NCBI GenBank assembly: GCA_963764725.1
Contig: CAVXTM010000015.1
Location: forward strand, 128,001-192,000
Source: an uncultured Gammaproteobacteria bacterium
GTDB taxonomy: Bacteria; Pseudomonadota; Gammaproteobacteria; JACCXJ01
Length of the DNA stretch: 64,000 bases
Reading direction: 5' to 3'
Part shown: piece by piece, positions 10,093 through 20,522 of the stretch
Layout: each line of letters begins with the position of its first letter
Position numbering within the stretch: the stretch's first letter is position 1
The notes under the pieces: generated by a model
The model's input: the letters and a program-made list of their open reading frames with translations, nothing else
Databases searched by the model: none
Told to the model about the DNA's origin: nothing
Program-made: the position numbers and the translations under genes

Positions 10093-11925
10093 GCTGCGTC
10101 CGGAGGGCGCTTGGTTAGCGGTGAAAGTCCATGCCATAGGAAGTCGCAGCCTGTGTAGCGAGGTGACTGCGTCGCCGTGAGGCGGGGTGGGGAGCAACCG
10201 GAGGTCGAAAGAACAGCCCGGAGGCTGACGAACGCGATTCGGCGGCATGTGGCGGCGATGCTCACTCATGGTCGAAGCCCGGACTTGCCGGACGCGCTGA
10301 GGTGGCTGCAAAAGCGACGTTCGGGCGCATGACGTGGATGGAGACGGGATGTACGGAATGCAAAGCGGCGTAAGCGGAGAGACCTGTTCCGAGTTCGGGC
10401 GAGCGCGGCAGGAGTCAGAGCCCGCATAGGACCGAGGCGGCATAAGCCGAGAGGGCTGGCTAGCAAAACCGGTCGGAGGGAAGGCGGGCGGTGAGGTGGA
10501 ATCGTGAAAGCCACGACGAAGCAAAAGACAGCATCGACAGTGCTCGCAGGGGCTGAACAAGGTGCAGAAGCCCGCGACTGGATCGTGGGTGGAAGCCTCG
10601 GTGTGGACGGAGCGCATGGTGTCGGCGCTGGTGAACGGCGTCGAGGGAGGCAAGTGGTACAGTTTGATGGACAAGGTGTACGCGCCCAGAAACGCTGGCG
10701 TCGGCCGGCGGAAGAGTCCGGGGCAACAAAGGTGCGGCGGGCGTGGATGGGCAAAGCGTGGAACGGATCGCAGCCGGTGCGGAAACGTACTTGGCGGAGC
10801 TGAGCCGGGAACTGCGGAAGGAAGTTATCGGCCGCAGCGGTGAAACGGGTGGACATTCCGAAAGGCGATGGCAAGACGCGACCACTGGGGATCCCGCACG
10901 GTCAAGGACCGCATCGTCCAGACGGCGGTCAAGCTCGTGATTGAGCGGTCTTCGAGGCGGAGTTCTGTCCAGGGAGCTACGGATTTCGACCGGGCGGAGC
11001 TGCAAGGAGGCGTTGCGGGAAGTCGATGGGCTGCTCAAGGCCGGGTACGCCTTGTGGTGGACGCCGACCTCAAGAGCTGCTTCGACAGCATTCCGCATGG
11101 CAAGCTGATGGAACGGGTGGAAGCACGGATAGCAGATGGACGCGTGCTCGACCTGCTCCGAGGGTGGCTCAAGCAGGACATCCTGCGGGGTCTGGAGCAT
11201 TGGACGCCCGACCGGTGGCACGCCGCAAGGCGCGGTCATCAGTCCGCCTTGGCCAATCTCTACCTGAGCCCCTGGATGACATGGATGGCGGGCGAGGCTA
11301 TCGGATGGTCCGCTACGCGGACGACTTCGTCGTGCTGTGTCGCAGCCGAGAGGAGGCCGAGGGCCGCACTCTCGAACATCCGTGCGTGGGTAGCGGAGAC
11401 TGGACTCACCCTGCATCCGGACAAGACGCTACGTGGGCGACTGCCGGGAGGCGGGAGAAGGTTTTGACTTCCTCGGTTGCCGGTTTGAAACCGGGCGACG
11501 CTGGGTGCGGAGAAAGAGCCTCATGCGCCTCAAGGACGGCATCCGGGCAAGACGCGGCGGACGCGGGGCGCAAGTCTTGCACGGGTCATCGCGGAATTGA
11601 ACCCGATGCTGCGAGGCTGGTTTGGTTACTTCAAGCATGCCGATTCGAGTACCTTTCGCAAGTTGGACGGATTCATCCGGCGACGGCTGCGCGCGCTCTT
11701 GCGCAAGCCGAGAGAAACGCCCCGGGCTTCGGACGCTGTCTGGCCGACCAGAAACGCTGGCACAATGTCTTCTGATCGCGGACGCCGGGCTGTTCGCCCT
11801 AAACACAGCCTGGCAGACCGCGAGACACGCACGATGAGGAAACCACTGACTGGAGAGCCGTGTGCGGGAAAACCGCTACGCACGGTTCGGAGGGCGGGGA
11901 GGGCGCGAGCCCTTCCCGACCCTAT
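10093..11925 (+). mobile_element. Group II intron (degenerate)
   Basis: 5' G(C)TGCGTCC close to GUGYG; domain V GAGCCGTGTGCGGGAAAACCGCTACGCACGGTTC (AGC triad) at about 11855-11888; domain VI ending CCCTAT at 11925; internal RT ORF. Confidence 0.88.
10504..11837 (+). pseudogene. ltrA: Group II intron reverse transcriptase/maturase, many frameshifts
   Basis: Fragments WYSLMDKVY, TVKDRIVQTA, VVDADLKSCFDSIPH, LANLYL, RYADDFVV, LNPMLRGWFGYF spread across frames; no endonuclease domain seen. Confidence 0.88.
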
Positions 11926-12050
11926 CATCGTCGCCGAACCTGAACGTCGCCTCTCGGTGGTCGAAGAACTCGAAGCCACCGTCGCCGCCATCTCAAGCGC
12001 ACGGAGCGACTGCGGAGCAGCGCTACTGAGCGCTGCATTTATGGAAGGGG
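11926..12050 (+). pseudogene. hsdS: 3' remnant of a type I RM specificity subunit
   Basis: IVAExERRLSVVEELEATVAA..R.ERLR..LLSAAF resembles the conserved HsdS C-terminal helix; contains indels. Confidence 0.65.
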
Positions 12051-12091
12051 GCAGGCGCGCTATTGGCTCTGCCAAAGCGAGGAATCTCTAA

Positions 12092-12306
12092 ATGTTTAAA
12101 TCTGATCTCCGATCAAGTCCAGAAAGGACGATCTACTCGCCCGAGGGTCCTTTTCGTCCGCGTTAGCCGACGCAATTCTGTCGTACGGTAACAAGGACAG
12201 TGTTGTCACCGCTTTGTATGGCGCTTGGGGTTGGCAAATCATCAGTCGTAAACATGGTGCTTGAACGAATTGAAGAAGCCAGTTCGAGCATGCCGAGCCC
12301 AAAACG
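12092..12306 (+). pseudogene. N-terminal stub of a KAP-family P-loop NTPase, cut by IS256
   Basis: With two frame corrections: MFKSDL-IKSRKDDLLARGSFSSALADAI...VVTALYGAWG-GKSSVVNMVL (Walker A with KAP-type GxWGxGKS). Confidence 0.7.
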
Positions 12307-12700
12307 GAGAAATAGTCAAATGTTGTGTACGGGGCTAGGTTAGGCAGCGATTTTTTGGGGTCTTCCCATAAGCCGTCTTTGAAAATAACTCCCTCGATGA
12401 CTTGAGCGAGGCGGGGAATTCCATACAGTTTCCTCCAATGTCGCTCGGCACTTCTTACCAACATGAATACCATCGCCAAAATGCTTTCTCGAGACACGCA
12501 GCCACGGGTTTTGTGGGTGCGCAGCCGGACCGTAGCAAAGGTAGATTCGATCGGATTGGTGAGATGGATCCAGTGCTCGGCCGGAAAATCGTAGAAGGCC
12601 AACAGTGACCCCCGATCTCTTTCCAAACACTCCGCAGCTTTCGGATACTTGGGACGGTAGAGGGTCAGAAACTCATCGAAGGCGCGCTCGGCCTCCTGCC
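12307..12700 (-). mobile_element. IS256-family fragment (transposase C-terminus plus one terminal repeat)
   Basis: YPKAAECLERDRGSLLAFYDFPAEHWIHL-TNPIESTFATVRLRT; end sequence GAGAAATAGTCAAATGTTGTGTA at 12307. Confidence 0.85.
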
Positions 12701-12853
12701 GGGTGGCGCCGTTCCTGCGTACCTTCTAAGCCACCCTCCGGCTGCCGTCGCATGTGTGGGATCCGTACTCCGTGTTTTTGCGCTATGGTATATCCGAATG
12801 AAACGTTATTCGCTTCCAATGCGTTTGACCCTATGGTGCAGCGGGAGGTGACA

Positions 12854-12898
12854 GTGATTGCAGGTATCGACGAGGCGGGCCGGGGACCGCTCGCCGGG
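12854..12898 (+). pseudogene. rnhB: Ribonuclease HII remnant (first motif only)
   Basis: VIAGIDEAGRGPLAG directly upstream of dnaE, the canonical rnhB position; similarity stops after the motif. Confidence 0.75.
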
Positions 12899-13011
12899 CT
12901 AGCATTGGGGTTTCCAAGGAGAGTCGTGCAAGGCTCCCCTTTGGTCGCCTGCGGGTTCCCGGCCCGCGGGTGAAACATTTTGACTAACCCGCGTTCGGCG
13001 AGATCCAAAAC

Positions 13012-16000
13012 GTGTTTGTGCATCTGCACCTCCACAGCGAGTATTCCATAGTCGATGGCCTGATCCGCATCAATGATCTGGTCGATCGGGTAGCCGCGCT
13101 CGGAATGCCGGCGGTCGCGGTGACCGATCAGAGCGCGTTGTTTTCGATGGTGAAATTCTACCGTGCGGCGCAGGCACGCGGGATTAAACCGATCATAGGC
13201 GCGGACCTCTGGCTCGCCGGCGACGCCGGAAAACGCACCCGCATCGTCGTGCTCTGTCAGGACGCGGCCGGCTATCGCAATTTGACCGAGGTCATCACCC
13301 GCAGTTACACGGAGGGTCAGGTACAGGGGGTGCCGCACGTCCAGCAAGAGTGGTTATTCGCGCGTTCGGACGGTCTCCTCCTCCTCTCAGGCGCGGGCGG
13401 GGGCGAGATCGGCCAGGTCTTGGCCGGCGGCTCAAAGGCGGAGGCGAAACGCCGGCTCAAGCGCTGGCTAGACCACTTCCCGAATCGTTACTACCTGGAG
13501 TTGCAACGCACCGCGCGCTCGGGCGAGGCGGAATACATCGAACGCGCGTTGGACCTCGCGGCGGCTTGCCAAGCGCCGGTGGTCGCGACCAATGACGTGT
13601 GTTTTCTGCACCCGGAGGATTATGAGGCCCACGAGGCCCGGTTTTGCATAAACGCCGGCCGGGCCTTGGCCGATCCGCGCCGGCCGAAACCCTACAGCCC
13701 GCAGCAATACCTGCGTAGCGCCGAGGAGATGGAGGTGCTGTGGGCGGATGTACCCGAGGCTATCGAAAATAGCCAGATGATAGCCCAGCGGTGCAGTCTC
13801 GAGCTGACGCTCGATCGCTATCATCTCCCCGATTTTCCGGTGCCGCCCGGCACCGTGGTGGAGGACTGCTTGCGCAGCCAAGCCGAAACCGGCCTGCGCC
13901 AGCGCCTGGCGGTGATCTCGGACGCCGATGCGCCGAGCGGCGGCCCCAAGAACGCAGCATATGCGGAGCGGCTCATGTCGGAGATCGAAATGATCACCAA
14001 GATGGGTTTCGCCGGCTATTTCCTCATCGTGGCGGATTTCATCCGCTGGGCCAAGGAGTGCGGTATACCGGTGGGGCCCGGGCGCGGGTCGGGGGCCGGT
14101 TCGCTCACGGCCTACGCCTTGAGGATCACCGATCTCGACCCGATTCAATATGATCTCCTGTTCGAGCGCTTTCTCAATCCCGAGCGGGTCTCAATGCCCG
14201 ATTTCGACATCGATTTTTGCATGGAACGGCGCGATGAGGTCATCGACTACGTCGCAGAGCGCTACGGCCGGGATCGGGTCTCCCAGATTATCACCTACGG
14301 CAGCATGGCCGCGCGGGCGGTAGTGCGCGATGTCGGCCGCGTGCTCGGCTATCCCTACGGGTTTGTGGATCAGATCGCCAAGCTTATTCCCTTCGACCTC
14401 AACATGACGCTGGAGCGAGCCCTCGCCGAGGAGCCCGCCTTACGCGAGCGTTGCGAGGCCGAAGAGGAGGTGCACACGCTCATCAATCTGGCCAAGAAAC
14501 TCGAGGGCTTGGTGCGCAATGCGGGCAAGCACGCGGGCGGCGTCGTGATCGCGCCGGCGCCCTTGACCGATTTCATGCCACTATATTGTGAGCAGGGTTC
14601 GACGGCCCGGGTTACCCAGTTCGACATGGGTGATGTCGAGGCGATGGGGCTGGTGAAATTCGATTTTCTGGGTCTCAGAACGCTTACAATCATCGCTTGG
14701 GCGGTGCGCGGCATCAATGCCGCGCGAGAGCTTCAAAGCGATCCGATGCTCGACATCACCCGCATTCCGCTCGACGACGTGAAAACCTTCGCATTGATAC
14801 AGCGCGGCGAGACGGCGGCGGTATTCCAATTGGAATCCCGCGGCATGAAGGACCTCGTCAAGCGCTTGCGGCCGGACATGTTCGACGACTTAGTGGCGCT
14901 CGTGGCCTTGTTCCGCCCCGGACCCCTCCAGTCGGGGATGGTGGACGACTTCATCAACCGCAAGCACGGACGTGCGGCGGTACGCTATCCACACTCGGCG
15001 ATCGAGCCCATCCTAAAGCCGACCTATGGTGTGATCCTCTACCAGGAGCAGGTTATGCAAATCGCCCAGGTGCTCGCGGGGTACTCGCTCGGGGCCGCGG
15101 ATCTGCTACGCCGGGCCATGGGGAAGAAGAAGCCGGAGGAAATGGCCAAACAGCGCGCCGTCTTTATCGGAGGGGCCGTGGAGCGCAAGGTCGCGCCCGC
15201 GGTGGCCGGCGCGATTTTCGACTTGATGGAAAAGTTCGCGGGTTATGGGTTCAACAAGTCGCACTCGGCGGCCTATGCCCTGATCGCCTACCAAACCGCC
15301 TGGCTCAAGGCCCATTATCCGGCAGCCTTCATGGCGGCCGTGCTGTCCGCGGATATGGACAATACCGACAAGGTGGTCGCGCTGATAGATGAATGCCGGC
15401 GCCTCGGGCTGGGGATCTTGCCTCCCGATATTAATACCTCTGCTTATGGTTTTACGGTCGCGAGCGATGCGTCGATCCGTTACGGGCTCGGGGCGGTCAA
15501 GGGCGCGGGGCGCATGGCGATCGAGGCCATGATGGCGGTGCGTGATAGCGGCGGGCCCTACCGTGATCTCCTTGACCTGTGCCTGCGAGTGGACGCGCGC
15601 AAAGCCAATCGCCGCGTCTTGGAAGCGCTGATTCAAGCCGGCGCCATGGATAGCCTGGGGCCGGATCGCGGATGGCTGCTGGCAACGCTCGACCCGGCCA
15701 TGCAGACCGCGGGACAAAGCGTCAAAGACCGCGCGTCGGGCCAGCATGACCTCTTCGGTTTCTCGGCCGAGGCGGCGGCCGAGACGCTGGGACAGGGTGA
15801 TCCGAAAGCGCTTAGGTGGTCGGATGATCAGAGGCTTGCGGGGGAACGCGAGACGCTGGGCTTATACCTGAGCGGACATCCCATCGATCGCTATGAGGAT
15901 GAGCTGAATGGGCTGTTGAGCTGCCGCTTGCGCGATCTTAGACCGGGTGCGCGGCGGATAGGCGGGCTGGTCCTGGCCTTGCGGCATACGGACAGGGGGC

Positions 16001-16473
16001 GTGGCCGCATAGCGATCGCGACGCTCGACGATCATAGCGCGCGCATCGAGGTGGTGGTCTATCCGGAAGCGCTGAAGCGTTATGCAGAGGTGTTGGTCAA
16101 GGACCGCGTGCTTATCGCGGAAGGCGCCTGCAGGGTCGATGAAGTGACCGATGCCTACACCTTGGTCGCCGAAAAGTTGTTGGATCTACCGCAGGCGCGG
16201 GCGGCCTATGCCAGGGGCTTGATAGTAGGCATCGATGAGGCGCGGTTCGCCAATGGGGCGATCCCGGACCTGCAACGGTTGCTTGAGACCCATCGAGGCG
16301 GCCGCTGTCCGGTCTTTATCGACTATCGGGGTGGAGAGGCAAGCGGACGTCTGCGCTTGGGCGATGCCTGGCGTGTGGATCTCAGTGACGCCTTGCTGGA
16401 AAAGCTTCGCGCGCTGTTTGCGGGCGGCCAGGTCACCATCGACTACGGGTTGAAAACGACCGCTTTGCCGTGA
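13012..16473 (+). CDS. dnaE: DNA polymerase III alpha subunit
   Basis: FVHLHLHSEYS PHP domain, GPGRGSGAGS, PDFDIDF, GYGFNKSH. Confidence 0.98.
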   Translation: MFVHLHLHSEYSIVDGLIRINDLVDRVAALGMPAVAVTDQSALFSMVKFYRAAQARGIKPIIGADLWLAGDAGKRTRIVVLCQDAAGYRNLTEVITRSYTEGQVQGVPHVQQEWLFARSDGLLLLSGAGGGEIGQVLAGGSKAEAKRRLKRWLDHFPNRYYLELQRTARSGEAEYIERALDLAAACQAPVVATNDVCFLHPEDYEAHEARFCINAGRALADPRRPKPYSPQQYLRSAEEMEVLWADVPEAIENSQMIAQRCSLELTLDRYHLPDFPVPPGTVVEDCLRSQAETGLRQRLAVISDADAPSGGPKNAAYAERLMSEIEMITKMGFAGYFLIVADFIRWAKECGIPVGPGRGSGAGSLTAYALRITDLDPIQYDLLFERFLNPERVSMPDFDIDFCMERRDEVIDYVAERYGRDRVSQIITYGSMAARAVVRDVGRVLGYPYGFVDQIAKLIPFDLNMTLERALAEEPALRERCEAEEEVHTLINLAKKLEGLVRNAGKHAGGVVIAPAPLTDFMPLYCEQGSTARVTQFDMGDVEAMGLVKFDFLGLRTLTIIAWAVRGINAARELQSDPMLDITRIPLDDVKTFALIQRGETAAVFQLESRGMKDLVKRLRPDMFDDLVALVALFRPGPLQSGMVDDFINRKHGRAAVRYPHSAIEPILKPTYGVILYQEQVMQIAQVLAGYSLGAADLLRRAMGKKKPEEMAKQRAVFIGGAVERKVAPAVAGAIFDLMEKFAGYGFNKSHSAAYALIAYQTAWLKAHYPAAFMAAVLSADMDNTDKVVALIDECRRLGLGILPPDINTSAYGFTVASDASIRYGLGAVKGAGRMAIEAMMAVRDSGGPYRDLLDLCLRVDARKANRRVLEALIQAGAMDSLGPDRGWLLATLDPAMQTAGQSVKDRASGQHDLFGFSAEAAAETLGQGDPKALRWSDDQRLAGERETLGLYLSGHPIDRYEDELNGLLSCRLRDLRPGARRIGGLVLALRHTDRGRGRIAIATLDDHSARIEVVVYPEALKRYAEVLVKDRVLIAEGACRVDEVTDAYTLVAEKLLDLPQARAAYARGLIVGIDEARFANGAIPDLQRLLETHRGGRCPVFIDYRGGEASGRLRLGDAWRVDLSDALLEKLRALFAGGQVTIDYGLKTTALP

Positions 16474-16582
16474 ACCCGGCGTAAGCGCGTGCCCGAGCTC
16501 GAGGCGGATCCGTCCCTCCCTGGGTCATTGCTTGGAGGCTGTATATCGGGTAACTTAAAAAATTCTCACCCCGGCAGCGGCG

Positions 16583-17545
16583 ATGAATCTTAACTTCCTG
16601 GACTTTGAACAGCCGATCGCGGAGCTTGAGGCGAAGATCGAGGAGCTGCGCCTTTTGAGTGATGAGTCGGCCATCGATATCAGCGAGGAAATCCAGCGGC
16701 TCCAGGCGCGCTCGAAGGACCTGACCAAGTCGATATTTTCGTCCTTGACACCGTGGCAGATCTCGCGCATCGCCCGTCACCCGCAACGTCCCTACACGCT
16801 GGATTACGCGAAGCGGATCTTTACTGAGTTCCATGAGTTGCATGGCGACCGCGCTTTCGGCGACGACGCCGCCATGGTGTGCGGAGTCGCGCGTTTCGAA
16901 GGCGAGCCCGTGGCCGTTATCGGGCAGCAGAAAGGGCGAACGACCGCGGAGAACCTGCAGCGAAATTTCGGCATGCCCCGGCCGGAGGGCTACCGCAAGG
17001 CCTTGCGGGTAATGCGGCTGGCGGAGAAATTCAAGCTGCCGTTGCTCACGTTCATCGATACCCCCGGCGCCTACCCCGGTATCGACGCGGAGGAGCGTGG
17101 CCAGAGCGAAGCGATTGCCCGCAATTTATTCGTTCTGGCCGAGTTGAAGACACCCATCATTGCCACCGTGATTGGAGAAGGCGGTTCCGGCGGCGCGCTC
17201 GCCATTGGCGTCGCGGACCGGGTGTTGATGCTCGAATACAGCACCTATTCGGTGATCTCGCCCGAGGGCTGTGCGTCGATTCTGTGGAAGAGCGGCGAGA
17301 TGGCGGAAAAAGCGGCGGAGGCCATGGGAATGACCTCGGCGCGCCTGCTGGAGCTGGAATTGATCGACGAGGTGGTGTCCGAGCCGCTTGGGGGGGCGCA
17401 TCGGGCGATGGACGACATGGCCGAGCGGCTTAGGCAGGTTCTCATCGACAACCTGAGCAGGTTGCGAAAGCTCGATAACGGCGATCTCCTTACCGACCGC
17501 CGACATCGCTTGATGACCATCGGTCAGACGAAGGAGAAACAGTAG
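16583..17545 (+). CDS. accA: Acetyl-CoA carboxylase carboxyltransferase alpha
   Basis: [29 protein letters not shown]. Confidence 0.97.
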   Translation: MNLNFLDFEQPIAELEAKIEELRLLSDESAIDISEEIQRLQARSKDLTKSIFSSLTPWQISRIARHPQRPYTLDYAKRIFTEFHELHGDRAFGDDAAMVCGVARFEGEPVAVIGQQKGRTTAENLQRNFGMPRPEGYRKALRVMRLAEKFKLPLLTFIDTPGAYPGIDAEERGQSEAIARNLFVLAELKTPIIATVIGEGGSGGALAIGVADRVLMLEYSTYSVISPEGCASILWKSGEMAEKAAEAMGMTSARLLELELIDEVVSEPLGGAHRAMDDMAERLRQVLIDNLSRLRKLDNGDLLTDRRHRLMTIGQTKEKQ

Positions 17546-17563
17546 CCTACTCCCCGCGTTGGT

Positions 17564-18934
17564 GTGATCCGCTTTTCACCCGAGGCCTTACGCGCGGTGC
17601 TGGCAGCCTTGCCGAAGGCCACGGCATATTGGATAGCTTTTAGCGGCGGACAGGACTCGCGCGTATTGCTGCATGCCTTAGCCGCGCTGCGCTATGCGCT
17701 CGAGGCGCCGCTTCAGGCAGCCCATGTCAATCATGGGCTGCACCCGGACGCTTCCTGTTGGGCACAAGCTTGTACCGAGACGTGCGAGCATCACACTATT
17801 CCGTTATCCGTGGTCCAACTCGATGCGCGGCATCCCCTCGGCGATAGTCCCGAGGCCTGGGCTCGCGAGAGGCGCTATCGGGCCCTGCAAGCACTCATGC
17901 ACGAAGGCGAAATGATGCTGACGGCGCACCACCGTGACGACCAAGCTGAAACCCTGCTGATGCAACTGCTGCGGGGATCGGGACCTCGAGGCCTTGCGGG
18001 GATGCCCCCCCTGGTGCGGTGGGGGTCGGGCTGGCTCGCGCGGCCTTTGCTCGCCTTCGATCGCGCCGATCTCGCGGCCTATGCCGAGGCTCACCGCCTG
18101 CGCTGGGTCGAAGACCCGAGCAACACCGAAGCGCGCTATGCGCGTAATTTCTTACGCCATGCGGTGTTGCCAGTACTGAAGACGCGCTGGCCAAGCTTGG
18201 GGGCGACGCTCGCACGCGCGGCCCTGTGGCAGGCGGAAGCCGCGGCGCTCATCGACGAGATCGCGGAACAAGATCTGGCGCGGATCGCATCCGTCGCGCC
18301 CGCCGCGGTCTCTGTCTCGCGCTTGCGGCGCCTTCCCGAGGCGCGGCGGCGAAATTTATTGCGTCTTTGGTTAGTCCGATGCGGCCTGCCGTCCATGACT
18401 TCGGCCCAATTGCAACAGTTGGCGGGGGAAGCCCTGGAGTGCCGATGGGATGGTAGGGCTTGCATTCGCTGGCCAGGGGGCGAGGTACGCCGCTATCGTG
18501 ACGATTTTTACGCCATGCGTCCCCTGCGCCCGCATGACGCAAATCAAGTGTTCGCGTGGAACTGCGATGCGCCGCTCGCGCTGCCCCTCGGTACGCTAAC
18601 GGTGGAAATGGGCGCGGACGGTATTCGTGCCGCGGCGTGCGTTAACGATTCGGTCACGGTGGGTTTTCGACGGGGCGGAGAGCGGCTGCAGCCCTACGGT
18701 AGTCCTCATACACGCTTGCTCAAACACTTGTTCCAGGAACAGGGGATTCCGCCGTGGCGCCGTGATCGTATTCCACTTGTCTACTTCGGTAAGCGGCTGG
18801 CCGCGGTCGCCGGATTCTGGCGCCATCAGGCCCTCGCCGCCGATCCTGGTGAAATCGGACTATGCTTTCGGTGGACGGAGAGCGAAGAAAATGCCGGCGC
18901 CCAACTAAGTGCGTTGGGAGAGACGATTGAATAG
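17564..18934 (+). CDS. tilS: tRNA(Ile)-lysidine synthetase
   Basis: AFSGGQDS, TAHHRDDQAET, WVEDPSN, RNFLRH. Confidence 0.95.
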   Translation: MIRFSPEALRAVLAALPKATAYWIAFSGGQDSRVLLHALAALRYALEAPLQAAHVNHGLHPDASCWAQACTETCEHHTIPLSVVQLDARHPLGDSPEAWARERRYRALQALMHEGEMMLTAHHRDDQAETLLMQLLRGSGPRGLAGMPPLVRWGSGWLARPLLAFDRADLAAYAEAHRLRWVEDPSNTEARYARNFLRHAVLPVLKTRWPSLGATLARAALWQAEAAALIDEIAEQDLARIASVAPAAVSVSRLRRLPEARRRNLLRLWLVRCGLPSMTSAQLQQLAGEALECRWDGRACIRWPGGEVRRYRDDFYAMRPLRPHDANQVFAWNCDAPLALPLGTLTVEMGADGIRAAACVNDSVTVGFRRGGERLQPYGSPHTRLLKHLFQEQGIPPWRRDRIPLVYFGKRLAAVAGFWRHQALAADPGEIGLCFRWTESEENAGAQLSALGETIE

Positions 18935-20467
18935 CTATGCATGCATCATTCGATTCATGGTTTGGGGCTCCGAGACCGTCGCGTCGGAGGGGCTGACGTC
19001 AGCGCCCTCGATCGCGAAAGTGAAACGCACGTCTCCAATATCGATCTCGCAACCGTCGCTGAGCATCGACCGCCGCACCTTCTTATCGCTGACGAACAAA
19101 CCGTTGAGCGAATCCAGGTCTTTGATGGCGAAGGTACCATCCGGGTTGCGTATGATTTCGGCGTGATGGCGCGATACGGAGCTGTCGGGAACGACCATCT
19201 CATTATTTGTCCCGCGCCCGATGCGCCAGGGCGAGGCAGTGATCACGCATTGTGTACCGGCGTCATTCTTGCGCACCAGATAGGCGCGCGGTACGTTGAT
19301 CGTGTCGGGTTCGTCGGCGCGCGGCGGCCGATTTTGCCTTAAATACATGAAGCTGCCGATGAGCGTGACCAGCCCGATCCCTGATAGTGGATAAACCCAG
19401 GGACTGGCGGAGGGGGCATCAAGCTGCGCCGGAGGAACCGGCATCGCGGCGGGTGGTGCCGGACTTTGTCCGGCTGCATTTACGGCGGGGGCAGGCTCAG
19501 GGACTGTCACCGGTAGCGGCACCTCGATGTTCCTGCCTTGGAGCGCAACCTTCAGGGTTACCCAACGCGGTCCTGAAAGCCCCGCGGTCACCGCCGGGCT
19601 TAGATCGATGCTGATCTGTCCGCCGCTATCGATGGCCGCGTAGGGCTGCTTCATAAATGCATCGGGAAGCGAGAAGTCGCGAGGATCGGCACGGATCAGC
19701 GCCCCGTTTGTCTCCTTGCTCAGACGCTTTAGAGCGTTCAGCGCCGGAGAAGGTTGCTCGGAACTGACATAAGCGAGGCTGTATACCGACACGTTGGCAT
19801 CGCGTGCCGCGGCGACCAGTTCGCTTTGATAATAGGACTCGGCGCTCGCCCGTCCGTCGGTAAAGAAAAAAAGTGCTTTCCGTACCGCGGGGTACTGACC
19901 CAGGATCCGCAACGCTTTATAGGCATCATGCTGGGTCGATTGCGAACTTTGCGGGCTGGTGAGCGTTCGGACCGCAGCGACGATATCCTTTGGAACGGAC
20001 CCGATCGGGAGTGCTAAGGTTGCGTTGCCGTGGAAAGTCGCCACACCCACCCGATGGTGCGGTTTGGAAAGGCCGATGAGTAAGCGTATATGCTCGACAA
20101 TAGTCTCGATGACGGCCAGGTTATCGAAAGTCCCGGAATCGATGAGAAAAAGAATCGCTGAGCTGCTGCCATCATAGGGGTAGTCCGTCGTGCGCGGGTT
20201 GGGTAAAGAGACGCTTTCGATCGCGGCTGTGAATCCGGTGACCGCCTCCGGGGTGAGCAGGCGAAAGTCGCAGTCCAGTCGCTCGCCTTGCGGTTGAGTA
20301 CATGCATGCAGAAGCTGTTCGATGCGATTCGCTGCTCCGGTGTCGGCGCCAGCGTCTAGCAGCGCGCCGCCAAGCACGATCCCAAGCGCGATGCGGGCCG
20401 CCCCGATGAGGGCCGGGCGCTTGGTTGTTTTTCTGCCTATGGGTTTACTCGAAGGGGACAATCTCAT
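18935..20467 (-). CDS. Membrane protein with vWA-like outer domain and C-terminal FHA domain
   Basis: N-terminal hydrophobic segment; ILFLIDSG and LFFFTDG (vWA-like); Pro-rich linker; TM; FHA motifs IGRG, SVSRHHA, DLDSLNG. Confidence 0.8.
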   Translation of the reverse strand: MRLSPSSKPIGRKTTKRPALIGAARIALGIVLGGALLDAGADTGAANRIEQLLHACTQPQGERLDCDFRLLTPEAVTGFTAAIESVSLPNPRTTDYPYDGSSSAILFLIDSGTFDNLAVIETIVEHIRLLIGLSKPHHRVGVATFHGNATLALPIGSVPKDIVAAVRTLTSPQSSQSTQHDAYKALRILGQYPAVRKALFFFTDGRASAESYYQSELVAAARDANVSVYSLAYVSSEQPSPALNALKRLSKETNGALIRADPRDFSLPDAFMKQPYAAIDSGGQISIDLSPAVTAGLSGPRWVTLKVALQGRNIEVPLPVTVPEPAPAVNAAGQSPAPPAAMPVPPAQLDAPSASPWVYPLSGIGLVTLIGSFMYLRQNRPPRADEPDTINVPRAYLVRKNDAGTQCVITASPWRIGRGTNNEMVVPDSSVSRHHAEIIRNPDGTFAIKDLDSLNGLFVSDKKVRRSMLSDGCEIDIGDVRFTFAIEGADVSPSDATVSEPQTMNRMMHA

Positions 20468-20522
20468 GGAAATCGAGTGATCATGGCTTCAAGGCCGCCC
20501 CGGGCCTCTTCCACCTCTTAGC

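Noticed and set aside
10057-11806. Minus-strand ORFs over the intron
   Set aside because: Antisense to the RT gene and ribozyme domains; no independent evidence.
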